64,000 nt of DNA. Source: a virus. The stretch spans positions 1 through 64,000 of IMG/VR virus record IMGVR_UViG_3300045131_002298; one strand, given 5' to 3'. Made by a program: the position numbers and the translations under genes. The notes beneath the pieces are model-generated. The model was not told the DNA's origin and did not search any database. It saw nothing but the letters and a program-made list of their open reading frames with translations. Shown one piece after another: positions 38,508 to 48,671 of this stretch (the stretch's first letter is position 1; each line of letters begins with the position of its first letter).

Positions 38508-38536
38508 AGTATACCACAAGCTATCGAAGATGTCAA
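38508..38536 (-). promoter_or_regulatory. sigma70 promoter of the HNH gene
   Basis: TTGACA-N17-TATACT, extended TG. Confidence 0.75.
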
Positions 38537-38691
38537 GCTTTTTTTTCATTAATTTGAAAATAAATTATCGAACTTCGATAAAAAAGCAGAGTTTTACATT
38601 CATATTTTTACATAAATTATTATAGACAAATTCGCAGTGGCGCTGACCTTCCTAGCCTGTAAAAGCTTCCATAAATTTAATATATTTTGAC

Positions 38692-38722
38692 AAAAAAAAA
38701 GCGACGCATTTAGCGTCGCTTT
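38692..38722 (-). terminator. Terminator after the sheath gene
   Basis: GCGACGC stem followed by T9. Confidence 0.8.
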
Positions 38723-38741
38723 CGTCGAACAAAGTATTAAA

Positions 38742-41336
38742 TTATGAGCGTACCCACCCTGGCAAGTACTTCATGCTTTTATAGTTCTCAAAAGACTCTC
38801 CCGTACGCATGACTCCAAGTTCGAATTCGAGATAGTATATAGCGCGGGTTGGTTGTATCAAAGCACGACACCTATAAAGGCCCCTATCTATATCCAAACC
38901 TGAATTCAAAACTGCGTTTTTTAGCTCGCCTCCGTCAAAAAAAGCGTCCCGGTCCGTTTGAAGGCAGTAGTCATAGATGGCATATTTGTTTTTCCATGAG
39001 TCGAATGCAGGTTCAAGTACCCTATGAATTTCTCTCCATGTAACTGGATGGTTAGGTTCAAATAGAAAGGTTCTTAGTACTGGCATAAGTGTTCTATTAA
39101 CAACCGTTATGAATCTCATAACGTTTAGTTCACGAGTAGCAGAAGGGGCTCTTTGTGTAGTCCTCTGCTCCCAGAACATAGCTCCCTCTATTCCAGGCAT
39201 CTTTGATATCATCAAATAATTAATGCCATACTCTGCAAAAAGATCTGCATAACCAGTTGATCTATAATCCTGGATATTAAAGTCAATTCCTTCTACCAGC
39301 TGAACAGCGCCTCTTCTTGGGCCTACTGGCGCATAATGTGAACCATAGTCATTATCAGTTCTACACAAGCAGGAAGCTAAATGTCCTAGATTAGGTATAT
39401 ATCGTTTAGCAGAATCCCTATCATCAAAGACAAGAGGGCGACCAAACCACAAGGAAAATCTATGTGAATTAAAAGCAGGATGTGTGTAATTACCAGTACC
39501 CATTCTCCAGGCTACTGTATCCTCAGGATCATTACCAGGAGGAGTTGCTCCATAACCCATCATATCGCCACGATTCTCGCAATAAGTAATCATTGCATTA
39601 TATACTGTTGCTGATACTGTGCCAGGAACCATAAGATCCATACTCATGTATGTAGTATCTGCAGCATAAATGCCAGTTTGCGCAGCGGCATCCCCAATCC
39701 AGTCAGCATCATCGAACCCATCATTTGCTAAATAAGTATCAGCTGTAAGCCCCAATACTGTATAAGCATCATGTGTAACTGCCTGTAAGTGAATGTTTTC
39801 TGTATCATCGTTTGCTTGTATTTTGAGTTTATTATTATAGGAAGTAGCTGTAGCATCTGACAAACTATCATTAATTTGTATAACAACTTCAGCTAGAGTT
39901 TTAGCTGCTCCTGAAAGAGTAATGGTTTGAGGGGCGTCGGCTCCAACCTGAATCAGTAACGTATCATCAGTACCGGTAACAAAGGTAAATGGCCCGAGTT
40001 CTGAGCCCACAAAATAACCACCCTCTTCATCAATACCATTAGAACCACCATGCAAATAATCACCAGTACCATTAGCAACTGGCATATTAAGAGGCGAAGC
40101 CGTGGCAGAATGAAGATCTACAACATCCACGAGAAAAGACTGCTCGGCAACAAAGTTTACAACATATCTTTCACTCTCTGAATCCATAGACATATCTGGA
40201 TAATATTCTTCCATATCACCTTGTCTATCATTTATAATTCTGAGATTAAAATAAAGATCTTCATGTAAGAGCGAATCGGTTATAATAACCTTAAGATCGT
40301 CTCCCCAATCACCTTCATTAAGAGCGTCAATTCTAAGGGTTGCCTGCGAAGAACCAGCAGCAGTCCCAGCTACCTCGTCTGTGTCAAAACCAAGAGGAGT
40401 AAGAGCGGTACTTGACGAGAACTGAAGAGTAGCGCTTGTACCAGAAGTTAAAGTTTCAATTCTTACTTTGCCTTCATTTGCATAGACATATACATCTTCG
40501 AAAGCCTGCATTCTTTGTACAACTTGGCCTGTAGTAAGAGTAAAGTCGCCTTCTTCTCCGGCTATAGGAGCAAGAGTTAATGATTGTGTAGCTTCTCCGT
40601 CAACAGAAAGAATAAGGTTATCTGTTCCGGCTTCTGCGGCATCGGTCGTAGTAGTAAGTGGGAGGCCCAAAAGTGCATAGGCTGAATCAGTTATAGTGAT
40701 TACACCTAAAGAGTGGGTTATTGTGTTGGCCCAAACTTTAAGAACATATGCGCCACTTCCTTCGTCATAAACAGCACTGGCAGTCATACCCGTAGTATGC
40801 GCATTTATATAATCAGCAACACCCTGCGTGGTAAGAGTTCCTGTGAGCGTTAACTCCTGAGCTGTTCCAGCATTTACAGTAAAAGAAAGTTTATCTGATT
40901 CGCCTGTAACAAAAGTAAAGGGGCCAACTTCTGTTCCCAGAAATCTACCCGAGAGCTTTTGGGTAAGAGCGAAAGGACCTACTTCACTCTCAATCACAGC
41001 CACCCCTGCAGTGTCTGCTCTATCATAAAGAGTCAATTGTGCTTTAGTTGCTGTTAATGTAGTAGGATCGGCAGGATCATCGTAATGTGCGGTTCTGATC
41101 AGATTCAGTCTTGCGCCTTGTCTAAGCGCCATTTCAACTACTAGTGGATCAGTTGTCCAAGATACTTTCTTACCGTATCTTTTCCTATACTCTTCCATGG
41201 TAGAGATAATACGGGCAACACCCATCTCACCTCTTTCTGCCTTGATGACCATGGTTACATACCCACGAACCACTTCATCAACAAATAACGATAAGTCATT
41301 TATCCGCCATATAACTCTAGCTGCGCCAAGCGTCAT
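38742..41336 (-). CDS. Contractile tail sheath protein
   Basis: APVGPRRG, ELNVMRF, FLFEPNHPVTWREI, IQPTRAIYYLEFE; GGAGG RBS favours ATG 41336. Confidence 0.92.
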   Translation of the reverse strand: MTLGAARVIWRINDLSLFVDEVVRGYVTMVIKAERGEMGVARIISTMEEYRKRYGKKVSWTTDPLVVEMALRQGARLNLIRTAHYDDPADPTTLTATKAQLTLYDRADTAGVAVIESEVGPFALTQKLSGRFLGTEVGPFTFVTGESDKLSFTVNAGTAQELTLTGTLTTQGVADYINAHTTGMTASAVYDEGSGAYVLKVWANTITHSLGVITITDSAYALLGLPLTTTTDAAEAGTDNLILSVDGEATQSLTLAPIAGEEGDFTLTTGQVVQRMQAFEDVYVYANEGKVRIETLTSGTSATLQFSSSTALTPLGFDTDEVAGTAAGSSQATLRIDALNEGDWGDDLKVIITDSLLHEDLYFNLRIINDRQGDMEEYYPDMSMDSESERYVVNFVAEQSFLVDVVDLHSATASPLNMPVANGTGDYLHGGSNGIDEEGGYFVGSELGPFTFVTGTDDTLLIQVGADAPQTITLSGAAKTLAEVVIQINDSLSDATATSYNNKLKIQANDDTENIHLQAVTHDAYTVLGLTADTYLANDGFDDADWIGDAAAQTGIYAADTTYMSMDLMVPGTVSATVYNAMITYCENRGDMMGYGATPPGNDPEDTVAWRMGTGNYTHPAFNSHRFSLWFGRPLVFDDRDSAKRYIPNLGHLASCLCRTDNDYGSHYAPVGPRRGAVQLVEGIDFNIQDYRSTGYADLFAEYGINYLMISKMPGIEGAMFWEQRTTQRAPSATRELNVMRFITVVNRTLMPVLRTFLFEPNHPVTWREIHRVLEPAFDSWKNKYAIYDYCLQTDRDAFFDGGELKNAVLNSGLDIDRGLYRCRALIQPTRAIYYLEFELGVMRTGESFENYKSMKYLPGWVRS

Positions 41337-41454
41337 ATCAGTAACCTCCAATATCAATTATAAATTTGGTCTAAGCCTCTAAAAAATTATTAATTAGTTT
41401 TTTAGTATTAGGAGCTTAGGTAAATGAAAACATTAATTTTTAAGACATAATAAA

Positions 41455-41847
41455 TTATTTCTCTTTTTTCTTTTTAATAGGTACAGTAGGAGTAGTAAGG
41501 GCTTTCTCTAAATTCCATCCTTCTTCTAGTCTACTTATTACAGCCTTAATTCCTATCTTATTATCTTTAGCATGTGCAGAAAGTGTCTTCACTTTCCCAT
41601 TAAACTCAACTTTGTCTTTAGGATTTGGTGTTAAGACGGCAAAATCTTTGTCCATATTCTGCTCTTGCTGCTCTTCTTTATAGCAACCACAAGATTTTAC
41701 GTTGCCATCTCTTAAGACATACTCAGTGATCTGGCACTCACTGCCACAATCACATTGACAATTCCAAAGAGGCTCTCCGGGCTTGATGCTTTCTGCTCGA
41801 GAATTTACTGTCAACTTGCCAAATTTTCTACCAACAAGTGTGCCCAT
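41455..41847 (-). CDS. HNH-family remnant lacking the nuclease core
   Basis: CQCDCG..KSCGC module and SRLEEGWNLEKALTTP tail, but no HNH motif. Confidence 0.65.
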   Translation of the reverse strand: MGTLVGRKFGKLTVNSRAESIKPGEPLWNCQCDCGSECQITEYVLRDGNVKSCGCYKEEQQEQNMDKDFAVLTPNPKDKVEFNGKVKTLSAHAKDNKIGIKAVISRLEEGWNLEKALTTPTVPIKKKKEK

Positions 41848-41849
41848 AA

Positions 41850-42059
41850 TTATGCGTCTATCACGCTCACCATTTTTCTAGCGAGCATACCATTCTTTTT
41901 TGTAACACTTTCCGGGAGATCATCGAACTGGACAGCCTTAGATATATGCGAAGTTTTTCCGGTTCTAAATTGTGTAAGACTAATATAAGTCCCACTATTA
42001 AGTTGTATGCCTAATTCACCATTGGTGTTATTCATTACTTTTACTAATCTATCGGCCAT
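41850..42059 (-). CDS. Small virion protein
   Basis: GGAGG RBS; position upstream of the sheath gene. Confidence 0.6.
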   Translation of the reverse strand: MADRLVKVMNNTNGELGIQLNSGTYISLTQFRTGKTSHISKAVQFDDLPESVTKKNGMLARKMVSVIDA

Positions 42060-42091
42060 TTATTTTTGCCTCCAAAAATTTATATTAGGAT

Positions 42092-42107
42092 TTGCAATTG
42101 ATTGCAA
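42092..42107 (-). repeat. 16-bp site, copy 7
   Basis: TTGCAATTGATTGCAA on the + strand. Confidence 0.9.
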
Positions 42108-42110
42108 ATT

Positions 42111-42728
42111 TTATTCCGCTGGACGTTCCCACAAGCCCATTTGAGTGGGAGTATTATCTATTTCTTTATCAAATAGTAGCTCTGACATAGGAACTACTGT
42201 ATACGATTCTAGCTTCTCTATATGAACACCATAAACATCAAAAAGATATGATACTTTAAATAATGGTTTATGAAGTACATCCTTATTTATTGGGGCTGTA
42301 AAATCAAAGAGCAAATACTGTCCTGATATATTAGGCTCAAAACCAAAGGGAAAAGCCTGATCCATCATCACAAGAAGCGTATCTGCATGCTCTTTTATAA
42401 CCGCTTCTGTATCTATTATATACCTTAATATATAAACCCCTGGATATTGTTTAACATCATAACCAGTCGGTACTACTCTAACATTACCATTAGCTAATTG
42501 TATAGTCTTTTTTGTAGTCTTTGGTACTAAAGTTTCTATACCGTACCTACGTCTTACTTTATCTTCTTCAAAGCCTACCCTTGATACACTAGCAAAAGGG
42601 TACTCATTATTGTCCCTTTCTCTAGCAGGCTCATAAGGAAGTACTGGTAATGTAACCCCATCAATAGCTATAAGCCTTAATCTATTTACTATAAACTCGT
42701 CTACGTCTGGGATTATATTATTGGACAC
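42111..42728 (-). CDS. Tail terminator/neck protein
   Basis: YPFASVSR..D..RR and P....LRY.ID motifs; synteny. Confidence 0.55.
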   Translation of the reverse strand: MSNNIIPDVDEFIVNRLRLIAIDGVTLPVLPYEPARERDNNEYPFASVSRVGFEEDKVRRRYGIETLVPKTTKKTIQLANGNVRVVPTGYDVKQYPGVYILRYIIDTEAVIKEHADTLLVMMDQAFPFGFEPNISGQYLLFDFTAPINKDVLHKPLFKVSYLFDVYGVHIEKLESYTVVPMSELLFDKEIDNTPTQMGLWERPAE

Positions 42729-42731
42729 GTA

Positions 42732-43121
42732 TTAGCCTTTTACCTTAACTGTAACTGCGTCACCCATCCACTGGGTAGACTCTGTTTTTTCTGGATCCAT
42801 TGCACGAAGAGCAGATTTTAAATCTGTGTCATTTATAGTACACTTAATAGCCGCTCCCACATACGCTTTTAAATAATTTTTTTTAGCCTTTAGGAATTTC
42901 CCTAATTTAGCTTTAAAATCCTCAGGTATACCTTCTTTACCTACCCCTGGTTTAAATCTTAATTTCATACCACCCATAGATCTATTTATAAAACTATGTC
43001 GTACTGGTATTCCTGTTTCAGCTTGAAAATCCTTAGATAACCTAGCGCCATATACATCCATAGCTTCTAACATATTTCTATGAAATAATAATCCTTCTTT
43101 TCCTGAAAACGCCAGTGTCAT
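42732..43121 (-). CDS. Hypothetical neck/tail completion protein
   Basis: Synteny. Confidence 0.4.
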   Translation of the reverse strand: MTLAFSGKEGLLFHRNMLEAMDVYGARLSKDFQAETGIPVRHSFINRSMGGMKLRFKPGVGKEGIPEDFKAKLGKFLKAKKNYLKAYVGAAIKCTINDTDLKSALRAMDPEKTESTQWMGDAVTVKVKG

Positions 43122-43124
43122 GCT

Positions 43125-43583
43125 TTATTGAGTAAGAGCCCAAGAATCAAAAGAAAATTCGCCTGTTCCGCCCGGAACGGGAGAGATTTGTGATTCTAGC
43201 TCTTCTGCTCTCCTTACATAAAATACTGAAAAAACTTGATCGGCATCTGCAAAAGGTGTAGTATCTACATCGCAAAAAGGCTCATTCGTAGAGAAATCAT
43301 ACCTCTTTCCTGCTATCAAAAAATACCATGAAGAATCTAAAGCTTCTAAACCTGAAGCCAATATATCTCTTGTGAGTAGAATGACTCTCTTTGAATTCTG
43401 ATTTAAAATACCAGCGTCATTGTCTATTTCTAACTTTTCTCTACGCGCCCTAACTACTTCGTCATGTACTATAGCCTTATAATTAATAATCGTAGTATCA
43501 GTTACACAAGATATAGTTTTATTAGCTACAGAGTCAAACGTAGATTCCAATAAATATTTTGCCTGTGCGCCACGAGAGGCCAT
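43125..43583 (-). CDS. Putative head closure protein
   Basis: Synteny; F.I.GKRY motif. Confidence 0.45.
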   Translation of the reverse strand: MASRGAQAKYLLESTFDSVANKTISCVTDTTIINYKAIVHDEVVRARREKLEIDNDAGILNQNSKRVILLTRDILASGLEALDSSWYFLIAGKRYDFSTNEPFCDVDTTPFADADQVFSVFYVRRAEELESQISPVPGGTGEFSFDSWALTQ

Positions 43584-44531
43584 TTAAGCTTCCTCTACTA
43601 CTTCATCTAAAAGGGGATACACAAAATCTTCTGGGGAAATAAGAGTGCCGCCACGAATTTGGGAAATATAAGGTTTCATACGAAGATAAGCAGGAAGGGC
43701 GAATGCGCTCGTCATTGCTTGCATCATATTATATGTCGTAGTAGAAGATGTCGAACCGCCACTAGATGAGCTAGTAGAAGTAGTACTCACGTCCATAATT
43801 CCAGCTACCTTTACTTTGTCTACTATTGCATTTTGCAACGATGTAGGAAGTAACGCTTCATCGGACATCGATATCTGCTCTAAAAGATTAGGCAATACTA
43901 CCAACGAAGCCAATATAGCCTGAGCCTCTTTTATGGGAACGGGTATCATTGTAGTATCTCTTTGCACCGTTCTAGGGAAATCCAGCGCCTGATACTCATA
44001 AACCCGTTCACCTCTAATAGGCATAAATCCAATAAGCTCAGCAGCCAGTTTTAATATGTATTCTTTTGAATAACTAATATGATCTTCATACGTACCTGCT
44101 ACAAAACCGAATACTGTGTATGCTGAAGTGTCTACTGGTTTTATATATAATGTATCTGTTGCTACTGTAGTAGTTATAACTATGCGTGAATCTGCTGTTG
44201 TTGTAAATGTAAATCCTGATACTTGTGCATTTAATGCAACACATACTTGTGTTGATGTTAAAGGTATAGGATTATCATCGTCATCTAAGCTGCATGCTAT
44301 AGTTATCTCTTGATCTGTACCTTCTCCTACAGCAAATAATAGTGTATCTGAGATTCCAGTAAGAGGCAAAAAAGGACCACTTACACGACCAGTATATCTT
44401 AATCCCTGATTGTCAGAAAGAGCGGACCACGATTCAGTAACTAAACCAGTATTAGCTAATATTATTTCTGCTTCTTCTACTGTTATGTAGCTATCAGCGC
44501 TTGATCCACCAGGAGTTATTATTAAAGCCAT
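43584..44531 (-). CDS. Head-tail adaptor (DnaT_2-like) with inserted domain
   Basis: ADSYITVEEA, QALDFPR, IKEAQ motifs. Confidence 0.75.
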   Translation of the reverse strand: MALIITPGGSSADSYITVEEAEIILANTGLVTESWSALSDNQGLRYTGRVSGPFLPLTGISDTLLFAVGEGTDQEITIACSLDDDDNPIPLTSTQVCVALNAQVSGFTFTTTADSRIVITTTVATDTLYIKPVDTSAYTVFGFVAGTYEDHISYSKEYILKLAAELIGFMPIRGERVYEYQALDFPRTVQRDTTMIPVPIKEAQAILASLVVLPNLLEQISMSDEALLPTSLQNAIVDKVKVAGIMDVSTTSTSSSSGGSTSSTTTYNMMQAMTSAFALPAYLRMKPYISQIRGGTLISPEDFVYPLLDEVVEEA

Positions 44532-44537
44532 ATTTTA

Positions 44538-44864
44538 TTAAACCAATTTATCTTGCTTTTTATTATTAATAGGCGGCTTAATTGTGTTAGTTTTTACTGG
44601 AGTTATTTTCTTTTCTACTTCAGCCTCTTCTACTGCTTTTTGCAATGCGTCTTCTGCTTTTTCTTTTACAATTTTTTCTTGAATATTTTTTTCAATTCTA
44701 AATATTGACTTACCTGAAGAAAATTTCTGCTTAATTAAGAATTTTGCTATACTTTCATCTACGGTTTTTACTGCGCCGCCTACAAAAGTTATATCTGCTT
44801 TATCGAAAATATAGTTATAAGTCGATCCAGGTCTACCCTGACATGTGACTTTATATTCGCTCAT
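44538..44864 (-). CDS. Hypothetical head-associated protein
   Basis: Follows the capsid gene. Confidence 0.5.
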   Translation of the reverse strand: MSEYKVTCQGRPGSTYNYIFDKADITFVGGAVKTVDESIAKFLIKQKFSSGKSIFRIEKNIQEKIVKEKAEDALQKAVEEAEVEKKITPVKTNTIKPPINNKKQDKLV

Positions 44865-44895
44865 AAATCATTACCCCAAAAATTAAATTGAAAGG

Positions 44896-44920
44896 AAAAA
44901 AGGCCGCCGATTTGGCGGCC
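44896..44920 (-). terminator. Terminator after the major capsid gene
   Basis: GGCCGCC stem followed by T6. Confidence 0.8.
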
Positions 44921-44928
44921 CTTGTTGT

Positions 44929-45885
44929 TTAGTAAGTTGTGGTACCCGTTGCTGTCAAGCCAGTGGCCTTAACTACTGCATCGGTTTCCTCGATAGCGAA
45001 CGCGAGACGCATCGTCAAGACGATGACATGCGCACGTTCCCTAACCAACCTATCGGTTTCGATCTGAATTTTACGCTGAATTCCAAGAATCAAATTCTGA
45101 GGAAGCGTAAAAATATAATTAGCATCAGGCATCATAGCACACGGAACTACCGGCACCCCAAAAGCCTTCAACATAGAAGCATAATCATTAGTGATTCTAA
45201 CATCACCCATTGCGGTCTCTCTGAAAGACATCTGAGCCGCAAATTCTGACTCTAGGTAATGAGACACATAAAACTTCATCTGCCCTCTATTTCTGAGGTA
45301 CTTTGTAGGCATAGCCTGAAGACCACGCTTAAAAATATCAACATCAATATCAGACGGCGGGCTGGTATAATTTACCAAATGATCGTTGGCAGTTACCAAT
45401 AGACCATTCATGAGCCCAATGTAAGGATCAGTCGCTGAGGTAAAGCCCAATATAATAAGCTCTTCCAGATCAATAGAGGCTCTCTCGGTGATCATAGACA
45501 TGATCGTCGATTCCAACGTCCCGCGCTCAATGTTGTCTTCCAACACATCATAAGGCAGCCAGACTTCTGCTATGATTTCTTTAGTCAGAAGCTCTACCTT
45601 ATCAGTAGAAGCAGCCGCTCTGGTCTGATAACCAGTTCCACTAAGAGCCGTCCCAGATGCAGGAGCCGCCCTAAGAATTCTACTAGAAAAACCAATTTTA
45701 TTGATTTCCATCGTAGGCGCATTCATAGGGACAACACGCATTTCATTAAGGATGGTAGGTTGATCCACCAGCATACGAATAAAAGTATTTGCCTGTATCG
45801 GGTTCAAATAACCACCATTGTCAATAAGGTTCTGTACGGCTATATCAGCCTTTTCTACTATAGTTTTTGGACTAAGTTTTCCCAT
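44929..45885 (-). CDS. Major capsid protein (HK97 fold)
   Basis: GGYLNPIQANTFI, LEDNIE, MPTKY, NLILGIQRKIQIE. Confidence 0.92.
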   Translation of the reverse strand: MGKLSPKTIVEKADIAVQNLIDNGGYLNPIQANTFIRMLVDQPTILNEMRVVPMNAPTMEINKIGFSSRILRAAPASGTALSGTGYQTRAAASTDKVELLTKEIIAEVWLPYDVLEDNIERGTLESTIMSMITERASIDLEELIILGFTSATDPYIGLMNGLLVTANDHLVNYTSPPSDIDVDIFKRGLQAMPTKYLRNRGQMKFYVSHYLESEFAAQMSFRETAMGDVRITNDYASMLKAFGVPVVPCAMMPDANYIFTLPQNLILGIQRKIQIETDRLVRERAHVIVLTMRLAFAIEETDAVVKATGLTATGTTTY

Positions 45886-45916
45886 CTAAATAAATCCTCC
45901 TAAATTTTTTTTATAA

Positions 45917-47008
45917 TTACCTTCGAAGATTTCCAAAAATCCCAGAAAAAGGACTTTCGCTCTTAACAGTAGGCTCTTCTTTAATCACGGGCTCCTGAAC
46001 TGAGGGTTCCGGTACATCCGCATCAATCTTTTCTACAAGTTGCTCGAGTTTCTCTAATTTAACCTTCATGGTGTCAAGAGTTTCCTCAAACTTAGCAAAA
46101 GGAACCACGGGGACTTCTTCCGCCTTAGCAACTTCTACCTGAACTTCTTCAACTTTTTCTACGACTTCTGGCTCTTCTTTCTTAACCATAGAATCCGTCT
46201 TCGCAGACAAATCTTCAATTTTCTGAGTAAGAACCGCAAGCATCTCCAAAAGTTTTTCTTCGCTCTTATTTACAGTCTCGGCCACAACGGGCTCAGCTAC
46301 AGGAGCAGGCACAGAAGCCTCCACCTTTTCAACGATAACCTCTGTTACCTTTTCATCCTTTACATCCATATTAACCTCACTTTTTTGTTCTTGTTTTGCA
46401 AATATAATATTATCTGCGCTTATATCTAAACCAGCAGAAATAAAACTCTTAAATGCATCAAGAGATTTACCAATAATATCCCTCTTCTTCTTATTATCCA
46501 TTTCATTCAATTCCATCGTACCATTTACGATAGACATCAAATTATTAATCTCACTATAGAAGGTATCTCTAAAAGTTGTAATCCCCCTATCATCCAATTT
46601 TATCGGTCTATCCATAATTATAGATTTGTAAACAATATTGGATCCTTCCATTTTTAAAGGGACGCCCACCACGGCAAAAACATGCTCATCCTCACTAAGT
46701 CTAACCAATTTAACTGAAGCTGGCTCCAGTTCATCAATAGGTATGCTAATGAATTTGCTATACTCACCATGGTTTTCAGTCTTCAATATTTTAAATTCTT
46801 TAGACCATTCATGCAACTCCTTATATTTATCAAAATCTTTAGCTAATGGAGTTATAATACTCTGAATAACTTCTTCCATCGCGTCCTCCGTTTTTATAAT
46901 TTTAAAGGGTGTTCTGTTTGCTCCTTTATTTACTAAAGAAATCCATTGAACATCCACATCATTCATATACTGAACCTCAGTCTCTACTTCTTCAACTATA
47001 TTGGGCAT
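45917..47008 (-). CDS. Capsid scaffold protein
   Basis: ISLVNKGANRTPFKIIK; acidic coiled-coil C-terminus. Confidence 0.7.
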   Translation of the reverse strand: MPNIVEEVETEVQYMNDVDVQWISLVNKGANRTPFKIIKTEDAMEEVIQSIITPLAKDFDKYKELHEWSKEFKILKTENHGEYSKFISIPIDELEPASVKLVRLSEDEHVFAVVGVPLKMEGSNIVYKSIIMDRPIKLDDRGITTFRDTFYSEINNLMSIVNGTMELNEMDNKKKRDIIGKSLDAFKSFISAGLDISADNIIFAKQEQKSEVNMDVKDEKVTEVIVEKVEASVPAPVAEPVVAETVNKSEEKLLEMLAVLTQKIEDLSAKTDSMVKKEEPEVVEKVEEVQVEVAKAEEVPVVPFAKFEETLDTMKVKLEKLEQLVEKIDADVPEPSVQEPVIKEEPTVKSESPFSGIFGNLRR

Positions 47009-47608
47009 TTACTGTACCACCTCATTAAAGGAATAACGATGAGCATGACCAAACCTAACCTCAGTGGTTGAAGCTGACCTTATAATATGATTATGTCCCT
47101 GCGACATTCCAGTATTCGCTACTATTATTTTATTTTCATCATCAAATTTTATTTTAAAGGTGTGCGTATGAGGCGGGATTAATTCATCCAAATTTTCCTG
47201 GGTATCTCCCTCTGCCTCCACTACTCGTTGAACCGTCTCAATCTTCTGGTCTAAATTAGTAAGGCCCTCAAGAGAATAACAATTTATTTCACCCTTAAGA
47301 ATTTTACCCCAAACTTCATCTGATTCTATTTTAGTAGCGCCAACCCATGCGCCTTCTACGAAGCCATCTGGATCCGACGAACGCGCTATAAAAGTTTCAA
47401 CTAAATAATCCCCCGTGGGTTCGTTATTATGCATTAGGTCAATATTATGAGTGCGCTGATTTTTCATAAAACCATAAGCGGCTTTTTTTATTTCTTCCGC
47501 TGTCATAATGTCACCGTGAGCATCTTCCTGCCCCGGAACATATATCTCACCAAAAACAACACGTTCATACTCTTTGTCGTCTTTTATCACTAATTTTCTA
47601 GGAATCAT
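47009..47608 (-). CDS. XkdF-like prohead serine protease
   Basis: RVVFGEIYVP...DAHGD.MTAEEIKKAAY.FM; GEINCYSLEG; likely start MIPRK. Confidence 0.85.
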   Translation of the reverse strand: MIPRKLVIKDDKEYERVVFGEIYVPGQEDAHGDIMTAEEIKKAAYGFMKNQRTHNIDLMHNNEPTGDYLVETFIARSSDPDGFVEGAWVGATKIESDEVWGKILKGEINCYSLEGLTNLDQKIETVQRVVEAEGDTQENLDELIPPHTHTFKIKFDDENKIIVANTGMSQGHNHIIRSASTTEVRFGHAHRYSFNEVVQ

Positions 47609-47790
47609 GCTTGCTTTAGGCCACCCTTTGAGGTATAATATTTTATGAAAATCATAACCCATTGATTCTTTAAAATAATCTGTCGGCGTACCTAATGTCA
47701 AGAAAAAAGTGCTATTAATTTTAAATTAATGTTAAAAAGACTGCGTTTCATAAGAAATAAAATTTATTTTTAGAAGCGTGCATTTTTTTC

Positions 47791-47819
47791 TTGACAAGAT
47801 TTAAAAAATATGATATAAC
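47791..47819 (+). promoter_or_regulatory. sigma70 promoter
   Basis: TTGACA-N17-TATAAC, extended TG. Confidence 0.6.
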
Positions 47820-47849
47820 TGTTTGCAGTATTGGAGCGAAGAATTTTTT

Positions 47850-48220
47850 TTAGGATAGTATTAAGAATAGTAATATATAGTATATATATAGTAAAAGAAA
47901 AGAATAGTAAATATAGTCATTACACGCGCGCGGACGCGCGCGTGATATACAGACCAATACTCTACCCCATAAGAGAAGAGAAAAATTTTTTCTCTGGAAA
48001 ATCGTAAGAAAATTTTTCTTTTTCTTTCCTTAATCAGCCAGGGTGAAAAGAGAAAATTTTTTTGCACCTTCAGCCTCTAGGAGAAAAAGAAAGAAAAAAT
48101 TTCCTTAATCATTGAAAGTAAGAAGAAAAAAATTTTTTATCTTTTAATTTTTACACCTATCCCGAAGGGATAAGAAAGAAAAGACCCCTCACCCATTGCG
48201 CTCGCCCCTCTCCCCGTGAA
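47850..48220. other. Putative replication origin
   Basis: Intergenic at the strand switch; AT-rich with TATATA runs; CACGCGCGCGGACGCGCGCGTG near-palindrome; repeated AAGA(G)AAAATTTTT and TTCCTTAATCA. Confidence 0.5.
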
Positions 48221-48228
48221 AATAAAGC

Positions 48229-48257
48229 TTGACAAACATTTTTTTTTATGGTAAAGA
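48229..48257 (+). promoter_or_regulatory. sigma70 promoter, probably leaderless
   Basis: TTGACA-N17-TAAAGA; ATG 7 nt downstream. Confidence 0.5.
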
Positions 48258-48263
48258 CTACTC

Positions 48264-48671
48264 ATGTTGCTGAAAGATTTACAAAAGCCTGAACCCAAAA
48301 AAACGCCCTCGAAAGTGTCGCTATCTTTCTTAAAGACCTTATGCGATAAATATTATTTAGAACTGGAAGAAATTCCTACGGAACATAAGCGAGCATGGAA
48401 CGGAGCTTATAAGGGAATTTTAATAAAATTTAATCAGGATTACAAAAAATTTGAACAACTAATTGAATACTACATTTTAATAGGTAGAGTATTAAGATTG
48501 AAGGGAGTAAAGATATGGAACTTACAGGTTTTCAATATTTTCGTTATAAAAAATAATCTAGACTTATTTCTATCTGCGTTGCGTATTATTAATTCAACTC
48601 ATGAGCATTTAAACCATATTGAACTTATGTTCAAGATACAGGAGGACTTAGATGGAAGGTGCAAATTATAA
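48264..48671 (+). CDS. Hypothetical protein, possible replication initiator
   Basis: First gene after the putative origin. Confidence 0.5.
   Translation: MLLKDLQKPEPKKTPSKVSLSFLKTLCDKYYLELEEIPTEHKRAWNGAYKGILIKFNQDYKKFEQLIEYYILIGRVLRLKGVKIWNLQVFNIFVIKNNLDLFLSALRIINSTHEHLNHIELMFKIQEDLDGRCKL

Noticed and set aside
38565-38581. TTATCGAA-C-TTCGATAA palindrome as an operator
   Set aside because: Single full copy; insufficient support
47861-48067. 68-aa minus-strand ORF
   Set aside because: Low-complexity translation of origin-like repeats
48020-48115. TnpB guide seed CCTTAATC occurring twice in the origin region
   Set aside because: Only 8 nt, expected by chance in AT-rich DNA, and no consistent TAM
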